A DNA stretch of 64,000 bases from the NCBI GenBank assembly GCA_029007845.1, contig JAQXIP010000009.1, positions 6,648 through 70,647 on the forward strand, in the 5' to 3' direction. This DNA is from Clostridiales bacterium (GTDB lineage: Bacteria; Bacillota; Clostridia; Lachnospirales; Lachnospiraceae). A model generated the notes under the pieces. It saw nothing but the letters and a program-made list of their open reading frames with translations, did no database searches and was not told where the DNA came from. The position numbers and the translations under genes were made by a program. Position 1 is the stretch's first letter, and each line of letters starts with the position of its first letter. Positions 36,309 through 47,530 of this stretch are shown here, piece by piece.

Positions 36309-37337
36309 ATGCAGGAAGATTTTGGTTCGTTAAACTTAAGGCAGCGTCAGGAATTGAGAGAACATGAAACACTGAGTCCTTATGCTTCTTATAGTGATGC
36401 TTCCAAAGGGAGAGACCAGTATGAAGAACCCTGTGACTTAAGACCGATTTATCAGCGGGACAGGGACCGGATTCTTCATTGCAAGGCATTTCGCCGCCTG
36501 AAACATAAAACCCAGGTTTTTCTCATACCGGAAGGGGATCATTACCGGACCCGGCTGACCCATACACTGGAAGTGGCACAGCTTGCAAGAACGATTGCGA
36601 GAGCTTTGCGGCTGAATGAAGATTTAACAGAAGCAATTGCCCTTGGGCATGATCTGGGACATACTCCCTTTGGACATGCCGGGGAACGGGCGTTAAACCG
36701 GGTATGTCCGGAAGGATTTGAACACCATTTGCAAAGTATCCGGGTAGTCGAACTTCTGGAAAAAAATGGCACCGGACTAAACCTGACATGGGAAGTACGC
36801 GATGGCATTAAAAATCATCAGACAAAAGGAAGACCTGCTACCTTAGAAGGAAAGATTGTCCGTCTTACCGATAAGATTGCTTATATTAACAGTGATATTG
36901 ATGACGCCATCCGGGGGCGGATCATTACCGAAGAAGACATTCCCGAAAAACTAACGAGAGTGCTTGGTCATACGACAAGAAACCGGCTCAATACCCTGAT
37001 TCACGATGTAGTTACAAACAGCGAGAACAAAGATGAGATTATAATGTCTGATGAAGTTTATGGCGCATTGATGGAGCTTAGAGTATATATGTTCCAGAAT
37101 GTGTATACCTCTCCGGTGGCAAAAGGAGAAGAAGCAAAGGCGGAGGCACTCGTAGAACAGCTATATTACTATTACATGGATCATACCGGAGAACTTCCGG
37201 AAAAATATTTAAAACTAATTGAAAAAGGCTGTTCAAAGGAACGGGCAGTCTGTGACTATGTAGCTGGAATGTCAGACCGGTTTGCAGTGGCAAAGTACCG
37301 GGAATTAATGATACCGGATTGCTGGAGTGTGTATTAA
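36309..37337 (+). CDS. dgt: dGTP triphosphohydrolase-like HD-domain protein
   Basis: 342 aa with RLTHTLEVAQLARTIA and GHDLGHTPFGHAGE (HD motif). Located immediately upstream of dnaG. Confidence 0.85.
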   Translation: MQEDFGSLNLRQRQELREHETLSPYASYSDASKGRDQYEEPCDLRPIYQRDRDRILHCKAFRRLKHKTQVFLIPEGDHYRTRLTHTLEVAQLARTIARALRLNEDLTEAIALGHDLGHTPFGHAGERALNRVCPEGFEHHLQSIRVVELLEKNGTGLNLTWEVRDGIKNHQTKGRPATLEGKIVRLTDKIAYINSDIDDAIRGRIITEEDIPEKLTRVLGHTTRNRLNTLIHDVVTNSENKDEIIMSDEVYGALMELRVYMFQNVYTSPVAKGEEAKAEALVEQLYYYYMDHTGELPEKYLKLIEKGCSKERAVCDYVAGMSDRFAVAKYRELMIPDCWSVY

Positions 37338-37338
37338 T

Positions 37339-39114
37339 ATGTTTTATTCAGATGAAATAATTGAAGAAGTAAGGTCACAAAATGATATTGTGGACATTAT
37401 TTCTTCCTATGTAAAGCTGAACCGGAAGGGGAACAGTTATATGGGACTTTGTCCGTTTCATAACGAAAAAACCCCCTCCTTTTCCGTCAGCGGCTCCAAA
37501 CAAATGTATCATTGTTTTGGATGCGGTGTAGGAGGAAATGTTTTTACGTTTGTAATGGAATATGAGAATTATTCCTTTGTGGAAGCGGTGAAATATCTGG
37601 CAGACCGGGCGGGCATAAAGCTTCCGGAAGGGGAGGCATCGCCTGCGGAAAAACGGAAGGCTGAATATAAAAGCCGGCTTTTAGAAGTGAATAAAGAAGC
37701 AGCAAAGTTTTATTACGCCCAGCTTAAAAGCAGCCATGGAGCTGTTGGTTACCAATATCTTAAGGAACGGGGACTATCCGATGAGACAATCAGGCGGTTT
37801 GGACTTGGGTATGCAGGAAAGACAGTAAGTCTCTACCAGTATCTTAAACAGAAGGGCTATGATGATGAACTGCTTAAGGACAGTGGGCTTTTTACGATGG
37901 ACGAGTCAAGAGGTGCATATGATAAGTTCTGGAACCGTGTCATGTTTCCGATTATGGATGTGAATCATAAAGTAATCGGCTTTGGCGGACGGGTGATGGG
38001 AGATGCGAAGCCGAAATATCTCAATTCCCCTGAGACAAAAGTGTTTGACAAGAGCCGGAATCTATTTGGACTGAATTTCGCCAAGTCCCAGAGGAGCAGG
38101 CAGATCATCCTGTGTGAAGGTTATATGGACGTCATTGCTCTTCATCAGGCCGGTTTTACCAATGCAGTGGCATCTTTAGGAACCGCCTTTACCGGACTTC
38201 AGGCGAATCTGTTAAAACGGTATGCCGATGAAGTGCTGTTAACCTATGACAGCGATGAAGCCGGAGTAAAAGCAGCCCTAAGAGCCATTCCGATTCTTAA
38301 GGAGGCAGGGCTTTCTGCCCGGATTATCCATATGGAGCCTTATAAAGATCCGGATGAATTCATTAAGAATCTTGGGGAGGATGCCTTTCGGGAGCGGATT
38401 CGGGATGCACAGAACAGTTTGTTTTTTGAAGTAGACAAGCTAAGCCTTTCGTACAATCGAAATGATCCGGAAGGAAAAACCAATTTTACCCATGCGCTGG
38501 CAAAGAGGCTGGCACAGATAGAGGACGAGGTTGCCCGGAATAATTATGTTGATGCGCTGGCGAACCAGTATCTGATCGAAAAAGAAATGCTTCGCCGTCT
38601 TGTGAATCAATATGGAAACCAGATGCTTCTCAATCTGGAAAAAGGAATGGATCTGTCTCCTCCTTTGCCGGAAGGAGAACGGAAACGGTCAAAGCCGGAA
38701 GATGGCATGCGCCAGTCCCAGAAGATTTTACTGACCTGGCTGATTGAAGATAACGGTCTGTTTGGAAAAGTAAAAGGAATTCTGTCTCCAAGGGACTTTC
38801 CAGAAGAACCGTATCATACAGTGGCAGAGCTGTTATTTGAACAGTACGAAAAAACAGGACAGACGAATCCTGCAGCCATACTGAGTCACTTTGAAAGTAC
38901 CGAGGAGCAGAAAGAAGCAGCGTCTATGTTCCATGCCGGACTGTCTGCAACGATGGAACCGTCAGAAAGGGAAAAAGCATTAAATGAAACTGTAATCCGG
39001 ATAAAAATGAAATGTCTGGAAGAAGCGGGACGTAATGTAACAGATATACAACAGCTCCAAAAAATTATACAGGAAAAGAAAGAACTTCAAAAATTGCATA
39101 TTTCCCTAAAGTAG
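37339..39114 (+). CDS. dnaG: DNA primase
   Basis: Zinc finger [13 protein letters not shown]...YHCFGCG and TOPRIM motifs CEGYMDV and YDSDEAG. ATG 37339 lies 1 nt after the dgt stop. The GTG 37327 start in the track is the alternative. Confidence 0.92.
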   Translation: MFYSDEIIEEVRSQNDIVDIISSYVKLNRKGNSYMGLCPFHNEKTPSFSVSGSKQMYHCFGCGVGGNVFTFVMEYENYSFVEAVKYLADRAGIKLPEGEASPAEKRKAEYKSRLLEVNKEAAKFYYAQLKSSHGAVGYQYLKERGLSDETIRRFGLGYAGKTVSLYQYLKQKGYDDELLKDSGLFTMDESRGAYDKFWNRVMFPIMDVNHKVIGFGGRVMGDAKPKYLNSPETKVFDKSRNLFGLNFAKSQRSRQIILCEGYMDVIALHQAGFTNAVASLGTAFTGLQANLLKRYADEVLLTYDSDEAGVKAALRAIPILKEAGLSARIIHMEPYKDPDEFIKNLGEDAFRERIRDAQNSLFFEVDKLSLSYNRNDPEGKTNFTHALAKRLAQIEDEVARNNYVDALANQYLIEKEMLRRLVNQYGNQMLLNLEKGMDLSPPLPEGERKRSKPEDGMRQSQKILLTWLIEDNGLFGKVKGILSPRDFPEEPYHTVAELLFEQYEKTGQTNPAAILSHFESTEEQKEAASMFHAGLSATMEPSEREKALNETVIRIKMKCLEEAGRNVTDIQQLQKIIQEKKELQKLHISLK

Positions 39115-39194
39115 TACATATCTCTACGGTTTTGGGGAAATATGATAGCAGGAAAATATACTGGAATACGAATAAGAAGAGAGGTCAAGAAATT

Positions 39195-40301
39195 ATGGAT
39201 GAAATAGCAAAGTTTACCGAGAAGTTGAAAGAATTACTGGAACTGGCAAAGAAGAAGAAAAACGTTCTGGAATATCAGGAGGTCAATGATTTCTTTGCAG
39301 ACATGAATCTGACAACAGACCGGATTGAGAAAATATATGCTTATCTGGAACAGCATGGTGTAGACGTTCTCCAGACTTCGGATTCGGATGATGACATGAT
39401 ACCGGAAGCGGATCTGGAAGATGTGGAAGAAGAGGAACTGGAGAATATCGATCTGTCCGTTCCGGAAGGAATCAGTATCGAGGATCCGGTACGCATGTAC
39501 TTAAAAGAAATCGGTAAGGTGCCGCTTTTAAGTGCAGATGAAGAAATTGAACTGGCAAAACGGATGGAAGAAGGCGATGAAGAAGCGAAAAAGCGTCTGG
39601 CAGAGGCAAACCTGCGTCTTGTAGTAAGTATTGCGAAGCGTTATGTAGGCCGTGGTATGCTCTTTCTCGACCTGATCCAGGAAGGAAACCTTGGACTGAT
39701 TAAAGCGGTTGAAAAGTTTGATTACCGTAAAGGTTACAAATTCAGTACGTATGCCACCTGGTGGATTCGTCAGGCAATTACAAGGGCAATTGCCGATCAG
39801 GCAAGAACCATCCGGATTCCGGTGCATATGGTGGAAACCATCAATAAGCTCATACGGGTGCAGAGGCAGCTGTTACAGGAGCTTGGAAGAGAGCCTTCTC
39901 CAGAAGAAATTGCAAAACAGATGAATATGCCGGTAGACCGGGTTCGGGAGATTCAGAAGATCTCTCAGGAGCCGGTATCATTAGAGACACCAATTGGTGA
40001 AGAAGAAGACAGCCATCTCGGTGATTTTATCCAGGATGACAATGTGCCGGTTCCGGCAGAAGCAGCGGCATTTACCCTGTTAAAAGAACAGCTTGTGGAG
40101 GTGCTGGGAACCCTTACGGAGAGGGAGCAGAAAGTACTTCGTCTCCGGTTCGGGCTCGATGATGGACGTGCCAGAACGCTCGAAGAAGTCGGAAAAGAAT
40201 TCAATGTTACAAGAGAGCGTATCCGCCAGATTGAGGCAAAAGCGTTAAGAAAACTGCGCCATCCAAGCAGAAGCCGTAAATTAAAAGATTATCTGGAGTA
40301 A
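39195..40301 (+). CDS. rpoD: Primary RNA polymerase sigma factor (sigma-70/SigA)
   Basis: 368 aa from ATG 39195. Region 2 [24 protein letters not shown] and region 4.2 [30 protein letters not shown]. Confidence 0.95.
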   Translation: MDEIAKFTEKLKELLELAKKKKNVLEYQEVNDFFADMNLTTDRIEKIYAYLEQHGVDVLQTSDSDDDMIPEADLEDVEEEELENIDLSVPEGISIEDPVRMYLKEIGKVPLLSADEEIELAKRMEEGDEEAKKRLAEANLRLVVSIAKRYVGRGMLFLDLIQEGNLGLIKAVEKFDYRKGYKFSTYATWWIRQAITRAIADQARTIRIPVHMVETINKLIRVQRQLLQELGREPSPEEIAKQMNMPVDRVREIQKISQEPVSLETPIGEEEDSHLGDFIQDDNVPVPAEAAAFTLLKEQLVEVLGTLTEREQKVLRLRFGLDDGRARTLEEVGKEFNVTRERIRQIEAKALRKLRHPSRSRKLKDYLE

Positions 40302-40307
40302 GAGCTG

Positions 40308-41000
40308 ATGTTAAAATTATCCAAACGTATGCAGATGATTGCGGATCTTGTTCCGAAAAATTCCCGGATTGCGGATATTGGATGTGACCATGCCTATCTG
40401 TCCATTTATCTGATGCAGAAAAAAATAGCCAAATCGGTAATTGCCATGGACGTAAATCAGGGACCATTAAAAATAGCAAAAGAGCATATTAAAGAAGCGG
40501 GTCTTGAAACGAACATACAGATCCGGCTTTCTGACGGGACAAACGAGTTAAAAGAAGGGGAGGCAGATACGTTATTGATTGCCGGAATGGGCGGAAGACT
40601 GATTGTGAAGATCCTTGACGAGAGTTTTTGCCGTTTAAAGATCAAATCCCTTGTGTTGCAGCCCCAGTCAGAGATTTCTATGGTCCGCCGTTTTTTAGCG
40701 CAACAGGGATATGAGATCCGGAAAGAATCCATGGTCAGGGAAGATGGAAAATATTATACGGCTCTATTCTCAGTTAAGAGTGAAGATTACCGTTTTTATC
40801 CGGTATATGAGCGGTATGGGAAATCTTTGTTAGAAAGCAGGAATCCAGTCTTAAAAGAATATCTGCTTTCCCAGGAAAAGAAAAACAATCAGATTATCCA
40901 GACGATTAAAGAGCAGGGAAAAGAATCTCATGGGGAACTTTTGGAAGAACTTTATAAAGAGATGGAATATATTCATCTTGCTCTGTCATATTTTAGTTAG
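40308..41000 (+). CDS. trmK: tRNA (adenine22-N1)-methyltransferase
   Basis: 230 aa with RIADIGCDHAYLSIYL and LIAGMGG. Conserved position downstream of rpoD. Confidence 0.8.
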   Translation: MLKLSKRMQMIADLVPKNSRIADIGCDHAYLSIYLMQKKIAKSVIAMDVNQGPLKIAKEHIKEAGLETNIQIRLSDGTNELKEGEADTLLIAGMGGRLIVKILDESFCRLKIKSLVLQPQSEISMVRRFLAQQGYEIRKESMVREDGKYYTALFSVKSEDYRFYPVYERYGKSLLESRNPVLKEYLLSQEKKNNQIIQTIKEQGKESHGELLEELYKEMEYIHLALSYFS

Positions 41001-41010
41001 GTAGAAGGGA

Positions 41011-42681
41011 ATGAGAGATTTGGAAATGATTCAACTGACGATTCAGGGAGCAAAAAAAAGCTATCCAAAAGGAATCGTTCTAAGTGAAGTAGCGAAGGAA
41101 GTAAAGGGGCAGTATCCTTATGACATCATTCTCGCTTCGGTAGATGGAAGGCTGCGTGAATTAACCAAAGCCGTGACAAAAGATGCCAAGGTGGATTTTT
41201 TGACGGTTGGAGATCCGGCAGGTTATAAAACCTATGAGAGAGGTCTGATTCTCCTTATGCTGAAAGCATTTTACCAGGAAGCGGGCAGGGAGAATATCAA
41301 ACGTCTCAGGGTAGAATCCACCATTGGAAGCGGGATCTTCTGCCTGTTAGAAGGCGAGGCTGCGCCTACGAAGGAAACACTTGGCCGGGTGAAAGAACGG
41401 ATGAAGCAGATGGTCGAAGCGGATCTTTGTCTGGAAAAAAAATCCTTGGATACCGAGGAGGCAATTGCTTTGTTTGAGCAGTATCATATGTATGATAAAA
41501 GCCATCTGTTTCAGTATCGGCGGGTATCCAAGGCAAATATCTATAATCTCGATGGATTTGAAGATTATTTTTATGGATATATGCCGGCATCAACTGGCAT
41601 ACTAAAGTTATTCGATCTGTTTCCATATCAGAACGGCTTTATCTTAAACCGGCCAAGACAGAGCACGCCGGATCAGTTAACGCCATTTGAAGACCGGCCA
41701 AAGCTGTTTCAGACGATGTGGGAAACAAACGAATGGGGCAGAGGGGTATCGGTGAATACGGTAGGTGACTTAAATGACACCATTGCCGCAGGAGATATGG
41801 GCAATTTGATTTTAGTGCAGGAATCCATGCAGGAGAAAAAAATCGCAGAGATTGCAGAGGATATTATCCGGCGGAAAAATGTCAAATTTATCACCATTGC
41901 AGGACCGTCCTCTTCTGGCAAAACCTCGTTTTCACACCGGCTGTCCATCCAGCTTCGCACCCATGGCTTAAAGCCGCATCCGATTGAGGTGGATAACTAT
42001 TTTGTCAACCGGGAAGATACGCCAAAAGATGAAAATGGAAAATATAATTATGAGTGTTTAGAGGCCATTGACATTGAGCAATTCAATGAGGATATGACCA
42101 ATCTCCTTCACGGAAAACGGGTGGAGCTGCCATTTTTTAACTTCAAAACCGGAAGACGGGAATATAAGGGAGATTATAAACAGTTAGGACCGGATGATAT
42201 TCTGGTCATTGAGGGAATACATGGTTTAAATGAGAGGCTGACCTATTCCCTTCCAAGAGAGAGTAAGTATAAGATTTATATCAGTGCTCTGACCCAGTTA
42301 AATATTGATGAGCATAACCGGATCTCCACAACGGATGGGCGATTAATCCGGAGAATGGTAAGGGATGCCAGATCCCGCGGAACGTCTGCGATTGAGACAA
42401 TCCGTATGTGGCCGTCTGTGCGCAGAGGTGAGGAAGAATACATTTTTCCGTACCAGGAAGAAGCAGATGCCATGTTTAATTCCGCACTTGTTTATGAATT
42501 ATCCGTGTTAAAACAATATGCGGAGCCTGCATTATTTGGAATTCCACATGATTGTCCGGAATATATGGAAGCAAAAAGACTGTTGAAATTTCTGGATTAT
42601 TTTATCGGAGTCAGCGGCGAAGAAGTGCCAAAGAATTCACTGCTTCGTGAATTTATCGGAGGAAGTGTCTTTAAAGTGTGA
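41011..42681 (+). CDS. Uridine kinase/PRK-family nucleoside kinase with a long N-terminal domain
   Basis: 556 aa with P-loop IAGPSSSGKTS, a PRK-family core in the C-terminal half and a ThrRS-like N-terminal extension. The start could be 41011 or 41026. Confidence 0.7.
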   Translation: MRDLEMIQLTIQGAKKSYPKGIVLSEVAKEVKGQYPYDIILASVDGRLRELTKAVTKDAKVDFLTVGDPAGYKTYERGLILLMLKAFYQEAGRENIKRLRVESTIGSGIFCLLEGEAAPTKETLGRVKERMKQMVEADLCLEKKSLDTEEAIALFEQYHMYDKSHLFQYRRVSKANIYNLDGFEDYFYGYMPASTGILKLFDLFPYQNGFILNRPRQSTPDQLTPFEDRPKLFQTMWETNEWGRGVSVNTVGDLNDTIAAGDMGNLILVQESMQEKKIAEIAEDIIRRKNVKFITIAGPSSSGKTSFSHRLSIQLRTHGLKPHPIEVDNYFVNREDTPKDENGKYNYECLEAIDIEQFNEDMTNLLHGKRVELPFFNFKTGRREYKGDYKQLGPDDILVIEGIHGLNERLTYSLPRESKYKIYISALTQLNIDEHNRISTTDGRLIRRMVRDARSRGTSAIETIRMWPSVRRGEEEYIFPYQEEADAMFNSALVYELSVLKQYAEPALFGIPHDCPEYMEAKRLLKFLDYFIGVSGEEVPKNSLLREFIGGSVFKV

Positions 42682-43028
42682 TGAGCAGCACTATAAGCCG
42701 GGTTCTGTATTGGATGACCATCTATCTGGTTCCGGTGTTACCACCGGACTCAAGCGACCTACCCGAAAGCACGACGGGCCGCCGTATCGCTTTCCGTTCG
42801 GTCTTGCTTCAAGTGGGGTTTACATGTGCCCCTGCTGTTACCAGCAGGGCGGTGAGCTCTTACCTCGCCTTTCCACCCTTACAGAATGAATCTGCGGTTT
42901 ATTTCTGTTGCACTAGCCTTGGAGTCGCCTCCACCGGACGTTATCCGGCACTCTGCCCTGTGAAGCCCGGACTTTCCTCACCCACAGCCTTTCGGCATAT
43001 GTGGGCGCGGTCATCTGTGCTGCTCATC
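42680..43028 (-). ncRNA. rnpB: RNase P RNA (bacterial type A-like)
   Basis: The minus strand contains GAGGAAAGTCCGGGC (42979-42965), AGTGCAACAGAAA, GTAAGGGTGGAAAGG, GGTAAGAGCTCACC, GTAAACCCCAC and 3' ACAGAACCCGGCTTA. The P1 helix pairs GAGCAGCAC with GTGCTGCTC. Ends are good to about 5 nt. Confidence 0.9.
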
Positions 43029-43100
43029 AACGACTGCTTTATTTTATCATGCAAAAATGGAATTGTAAATTATAAATTGAATCAAGGGGAGGAATAAATC

Positions 43101-43832
43101 ATGTTTGAAATTGCAATGTCACTGACAGAAATGGAGAGGATTCTGGAAAAAGAATTGTTAAAAGAGGAAGGAAATATCCGTATTCTGGGAGATCTTGATA
43201 TTACACAGGAAGATTACCGGTGTCTGCACCTGAAAGTAAAAGGGATGAAAACACAGGAACAGACCATCGGATTATATGAGGCATACCGGTTATCCCTGCT
43301 TGTAACCTGGGCATTTGGCATGCGTTATGAAAAGCTGGAACAGGTTTCTTATGATGAAATCTATTCAGAGATAGCCGGAAAGCCGCAGCATATGATCCGG
43401 ATGCTTTTGACCATTATGGAAGATACGATCCGTGAGTATAAGCTGGCATCCTTTGACATCCGTCTGGACAGTATTGAAGATGCCTGCCAGCTTCTTGCCC
43501 TGCATTCCGGCTTTTTACAGAATCCGGACTCCGGGTGTTTTACATTCTTAGAGGATACGATGTCTTATAGTGATATGAATCATCTGGAGTATCTGTATCA
43601 GAAAGTGCTTACACCAAAGACACTGGAGGTGTGCCATCTGATCGACCGCAAGCATCTGATTACTCTGTTCCAGATGTCCAGGGACGTATATACAGATTGC
43701 CGCGTAAAGGGGATGACAAAAGAAGAATTATTGGAAAAGCATCCGTTTGTATCACGCCGGTTTATTGAAAATTGTGTGGAGCTGTGTCAGTTAAGGGAAA
43801 TGGATCAGGAGGAAGCCGTCCATGGAAAATAA
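43101..43832 (+). CDS. Hypothetical protein (243 aa)
   Basis: Strong RBS GGGGAGGA upstream. Helical protein with no motif I recognise. Confidence 0.5.
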   Translation: MFEIAMSLTEMERILEKELLKEEGNIRILGDLDITQEDYRCLHLKVKGMKTQEQTIGLYEAYRLSLLVTWAFGMRYEKLEQVSYDEIYSEIAGKPQHMIRMLLTIMEDTIREYKLASFDIRLDSIEDACQLLALHSGFLQNPDSGCFTFLEDTMSYSDMNHLEYLYQKVLTPKTLEVCHLIDRKHLITLFQMSRDVYTDCRVKGMTKEELLEKHPFVSRRFIENCVELCQLREMDQEEAVHGK

Positions 43833-43950
43833 GTATTTTGTCTGAAAATTCCTTGAAAAAGAATGTATTTTACAAAAAACTTGTCAGAAAGGAAAAAGAA
43901 TGGTAAAGTTTTCATCATATGAAGAAAATATGGCTAAAAGGAGTGATCAA

Positions 43951-45345
43951 ATGGATATTAATTTGCAGGAAGAGGAAGAGATGTTAGAAGAGGTGCCGGT
44001 TGATGAGAAATTCAGACAGATGGTATCCTTTTGTAAATCATCCGGAAAGATTGATCTGAATCTGTATTTGGAATATGATGTAAAACGGGGGCTCAGGGAT
44101 TCCAAAGGACAGGGTGTCCTTACGGGATTGACGGAGATTTCCGATGTAATTGGTAAGAAGCCGGTTGAAGGAGAAAATGTGCCGACTCCAGGTGAACTGT
44201 ATTATCAGGGATACAATGTAGAAGATCTGGTGGAAGGATGTGCCGGGCGGAAGTTCTGTTTTGAAGAAACGACGTATCTGTTGTTGTTTGGCGAACTTCC
44301 GACAAAAGAACAGCTGGATGATTTCATTGAGCTGATCGGGCACTACCGGAAACTACCGGATAAATTTGTCCGGGATGTTATCATGAAGGCTCCGTCAAAA
44401 GATATGATGAACTGTCTGCAGAGAAGTGTATTGACCTTGTATTCTTATGACAAGAACCCAGACGATATCAGCGTGGAGAATGTGCTGCGGCAGTCTTTGC
44501 AGCTCATTGCAAAGTTTCCGCTGATCTCCGCATATGGTTATCAGGCATATCGTCATTATAATCTGGGAAAAAGCCTGGTTATCCGTTATCCAAAACCGGA
44601 GCTTTCTACGGCGGAAAATCTGCTGCGCTGTCTTAGACCGGATGGAACTTATACGGAGTTGGAAGCAAAGGTTCTCGATGTGGCTTTGGTTCTGCATGCG
44701 GAGCATGGTGGTGGTAATAACTCTACCTTTACGACCCATGTAGTGTCGTCTACCGGAACGGATACATATTCTACGGTTGCAGCTTCCCTTGGATCCTTGA
44801 AAGGACCAAGGCATGGTGGTGCGAACCGGAAAGTAATTGCCATGTTTGACGATTTAAAACAGCACATAAGTGATTGGACGGATGAGGATGCTCTTCGCAG
44901 CTATCTCAACGATATTCTTGAGAAAAAGGCATTCGACCATGCTGGACTGATCTATGGTATGGGACATGCTGTATATACCGAATCGGATCCAAGAGAAGTG
45001 GTGTTAAAGAAATATGCGAAAGCGCTTTCCGAGGAAAAAGGCCTGACCGAAGAATTTGAACTGTATAACCGGGTTGAAGAGATCTCAAAGGGGCTTATTG
45101 AAGAAAAACGACACATTTTTAAAAGCATCTGTGCAAATGTGGACTTTTACAGCGGTTTCGTTTACCGGATGTTAGACCTTCCGGATGAATTATTTACGCC
45201 GCTTTTTGCAATCTCCCGGATCTCCGGATGGTGTGCCCACCGGATTGAGGAATTGGTCAACGAGGGTAAGATTATCCGTCCGGCTTATAAGTATGTGGGA
45301 CATCATAACCCGTACAAAAAACTGGATGAACGGACGATAAAATAA
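43951..45345 (+). CDS. Citrate synthase family enzyme
   Basis: 464 aa from ATG 43951 (AAAGGAG 7 nt upstream). Motifs LHAEHGGGNNSTF, GPRHGGAN, GMGHAVY and SRISGW. The track start at 43900 is also possible. Confidence 0.85.
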   Translation: MDINLQEEEEMLEEVPVDEKFRQMVSFCKSSGKIDLNLYLEYDVKRGLRDSKGQGVLTGLTEISDVIGKKPVEGENVPTPGELYYQGYNVEDLVEGCAGRKFCFEETTYLLLFGELPTKEQLDDFIELIGHYRKLPDKFVRDVIMKAPSKDMMNCLQRSVLTLYSYDKNPDDISVENVLRQSLQLIAKFPLISAYGYQAYRHYNLGKSLVIRYPKPELSTAENLLRCLRPDGTYTELEAKVLDVALVLHAEHGGGNNSTFTTHVVSSTGTDTYSTVAASLGSLKGPRHGGANRKVIAMFDDLKQHISDWTDEDALRSYLNDILEKKAFDHAGLIYGMGHAVYTESDPREVVLKKYAKALSEEKGLTEEFELYNRVEEISKGLIEEKRHIFKSICANVDFYSGFVYRMLDLPDELFTPLFAISRISGWCAHRIEELVNEGKIIRPAYKYVGHHNPYKKLDERTIK

Positions 45346-45430
45346 TGATTATTTGACATAATTTGCCAGATTTGGTTTCGAATTAATAGTTGTTTTTGGA
45401 ATGGTAATGTATCTTTCCAAAAACAATATG

Positions 45431-45471
45431 AAAAAAACACACAAAATCTTTATAAACTGTGTGTTTTTTTT
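45431..45471. terminator. Bidirectional intrinsic terminator
   Basis: AAAAAAACACACA ... TGTGTGTTTTTTT. Preceded by a second hairpin, GTTTTTGGAA..TTCCAAAAAC, at 45394-45428. Confidence 0.65.
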
Positions 45472-45517
45472 GTGCGAAATAATGGAAAATGAGGCAAAAA
45501 ACAATTGGAAAAACCAT

Positions 45518-45546
45518 TTGACAGATAGAAAAAAAAGTGCTATAAC
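45518..45546 (+). promoter_or_regulatory. Candidate sigma-A promoter (TTGACA-17-TATAAC)
   Basis: TTGACA at 45518-45523, a 17-nt spacer, then TATAAC at 45541-45546. Confidence 0.45.
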
Positions 45547-45649
45547 TTACGTCACATGGTGGCTGCGATGATTATGAGGCATCGGACATCATTTTATCAT
45601 ACAGGAAGTAAGAAACATAGTCAAAGATCAGAAAGAAGGAAGTGATTTT

Positions 45650-45889
45650 ATGGAGTCTGCTAAGATTCGTTTACATGGACTTTCCGAAGTGAAGGAATTT
45701 GTAAATGCAGCTTCAAAATGTGATTTTGACATTGATATTTATTATAACCGCGTCATCATTGATGCGAAATCCATCCTGGGAATTCTAAGTATGGATTTAA
45801 GCAGGGAATTAAATGTGGATTATGCGGGCTATAATGAAGAGTTTGAAGCCGTATTAGACAAATTTTCTACTGGATCAAGAGTTGCCTGA
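45650..45889 (+). CDS. HPr-family-like small protein with an atypical active-site region
   Basis: 79 aa. The segment DAKSILGILSMDL resembles the Ser46 region of HPr/Crh. The N-terminal RLHGLSEV replaces the canonical GIHARPA. Confidence 0.55.
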   Translation: MESAKIRLHGLSEVKEFVNAASKCDFDIDIYYNRVIIDAKSILGILSMDLSRELNVDYAGYNEEFEAVLDKFSTGSRVA

Positions 45890-45924
45890 TCCGAAGATGG
45901 GGATATAGAAATGCCGGAATGACA

Positions 45925-45960
45925 AAGGGGCCTTCCAAACACTGGGATGCCCCTTTCTTC
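45925..45960 (+). terminator. Putative intrinsic terminator
   Basis: AAGGGGC ... GCCCCTT hairpin followed by TCTTCT. Confidence 0.45.
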
Positions 45961-45966
45961 TGTTAG

Positions 45967-47133
<1,167 letters not shown>

Positions 47134-47173
47134 TACCCTCTGTATGTATTAATTAAGACTAGGAGGATCATGT

Positions 47174-47503
47174 ATGAATTCATTTGTTTTTCTTGAGACA
47201 GCAGGCAATAATGCAGCGGCCGGAGCAGGTGAAAGCTTCGCGTTAATGATTGGGTCTTTGCTTGTGATGTTTGCGATTATGTATTTTTTTGCCATTCGTC
47301 CGCAGAAAAAGCAGGAGCGGGAACATCTTGCAGTTGTGAATTCCGTAGAAATCGGTGACAGCATTTTAACGACCAGCGGGTTTTATGGTACGATTATTGA
47401 TGTGACACCGGATATCGTGATTGTAGAATTCGGAAACAATAAGAACTGCCGGATTCCTATGAAAAAAGATGCAATCATTGATGTAGAAAAAGCGAAAAAA
47501 TAG
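47174..47503 (+). CDS. yajC: Preprotein translocase subunit YajC
   Basis: 109 aa with a single TM helix and the motif FFAIRPQKKQ.EH...V.S...GD.I.T..G..G. Confidence 0.85.
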   Translation: MNSFVFLETAGNNAAAGAGESFALMIGSLLVMFAIMYFFAIRPQKKQEREHLAVVNSVEIGDSILTTSGFYGTIIDVTPDIVIVEFGNNKNCRIPMKKDAIIDVEKAKK

Positions 47504-47530
47504 CAGGCCGGATAAGACCAGAAAGAGGTA

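Noticed and set aside
42678-43097. 139-aa plus-strand ORF (MMSSTISRVLYW...).
   Set aside because: It has no RBS, and its sequence is the antisense of RNase P RNA. The minus-strand conserved rnpB blocks explain the whole region.
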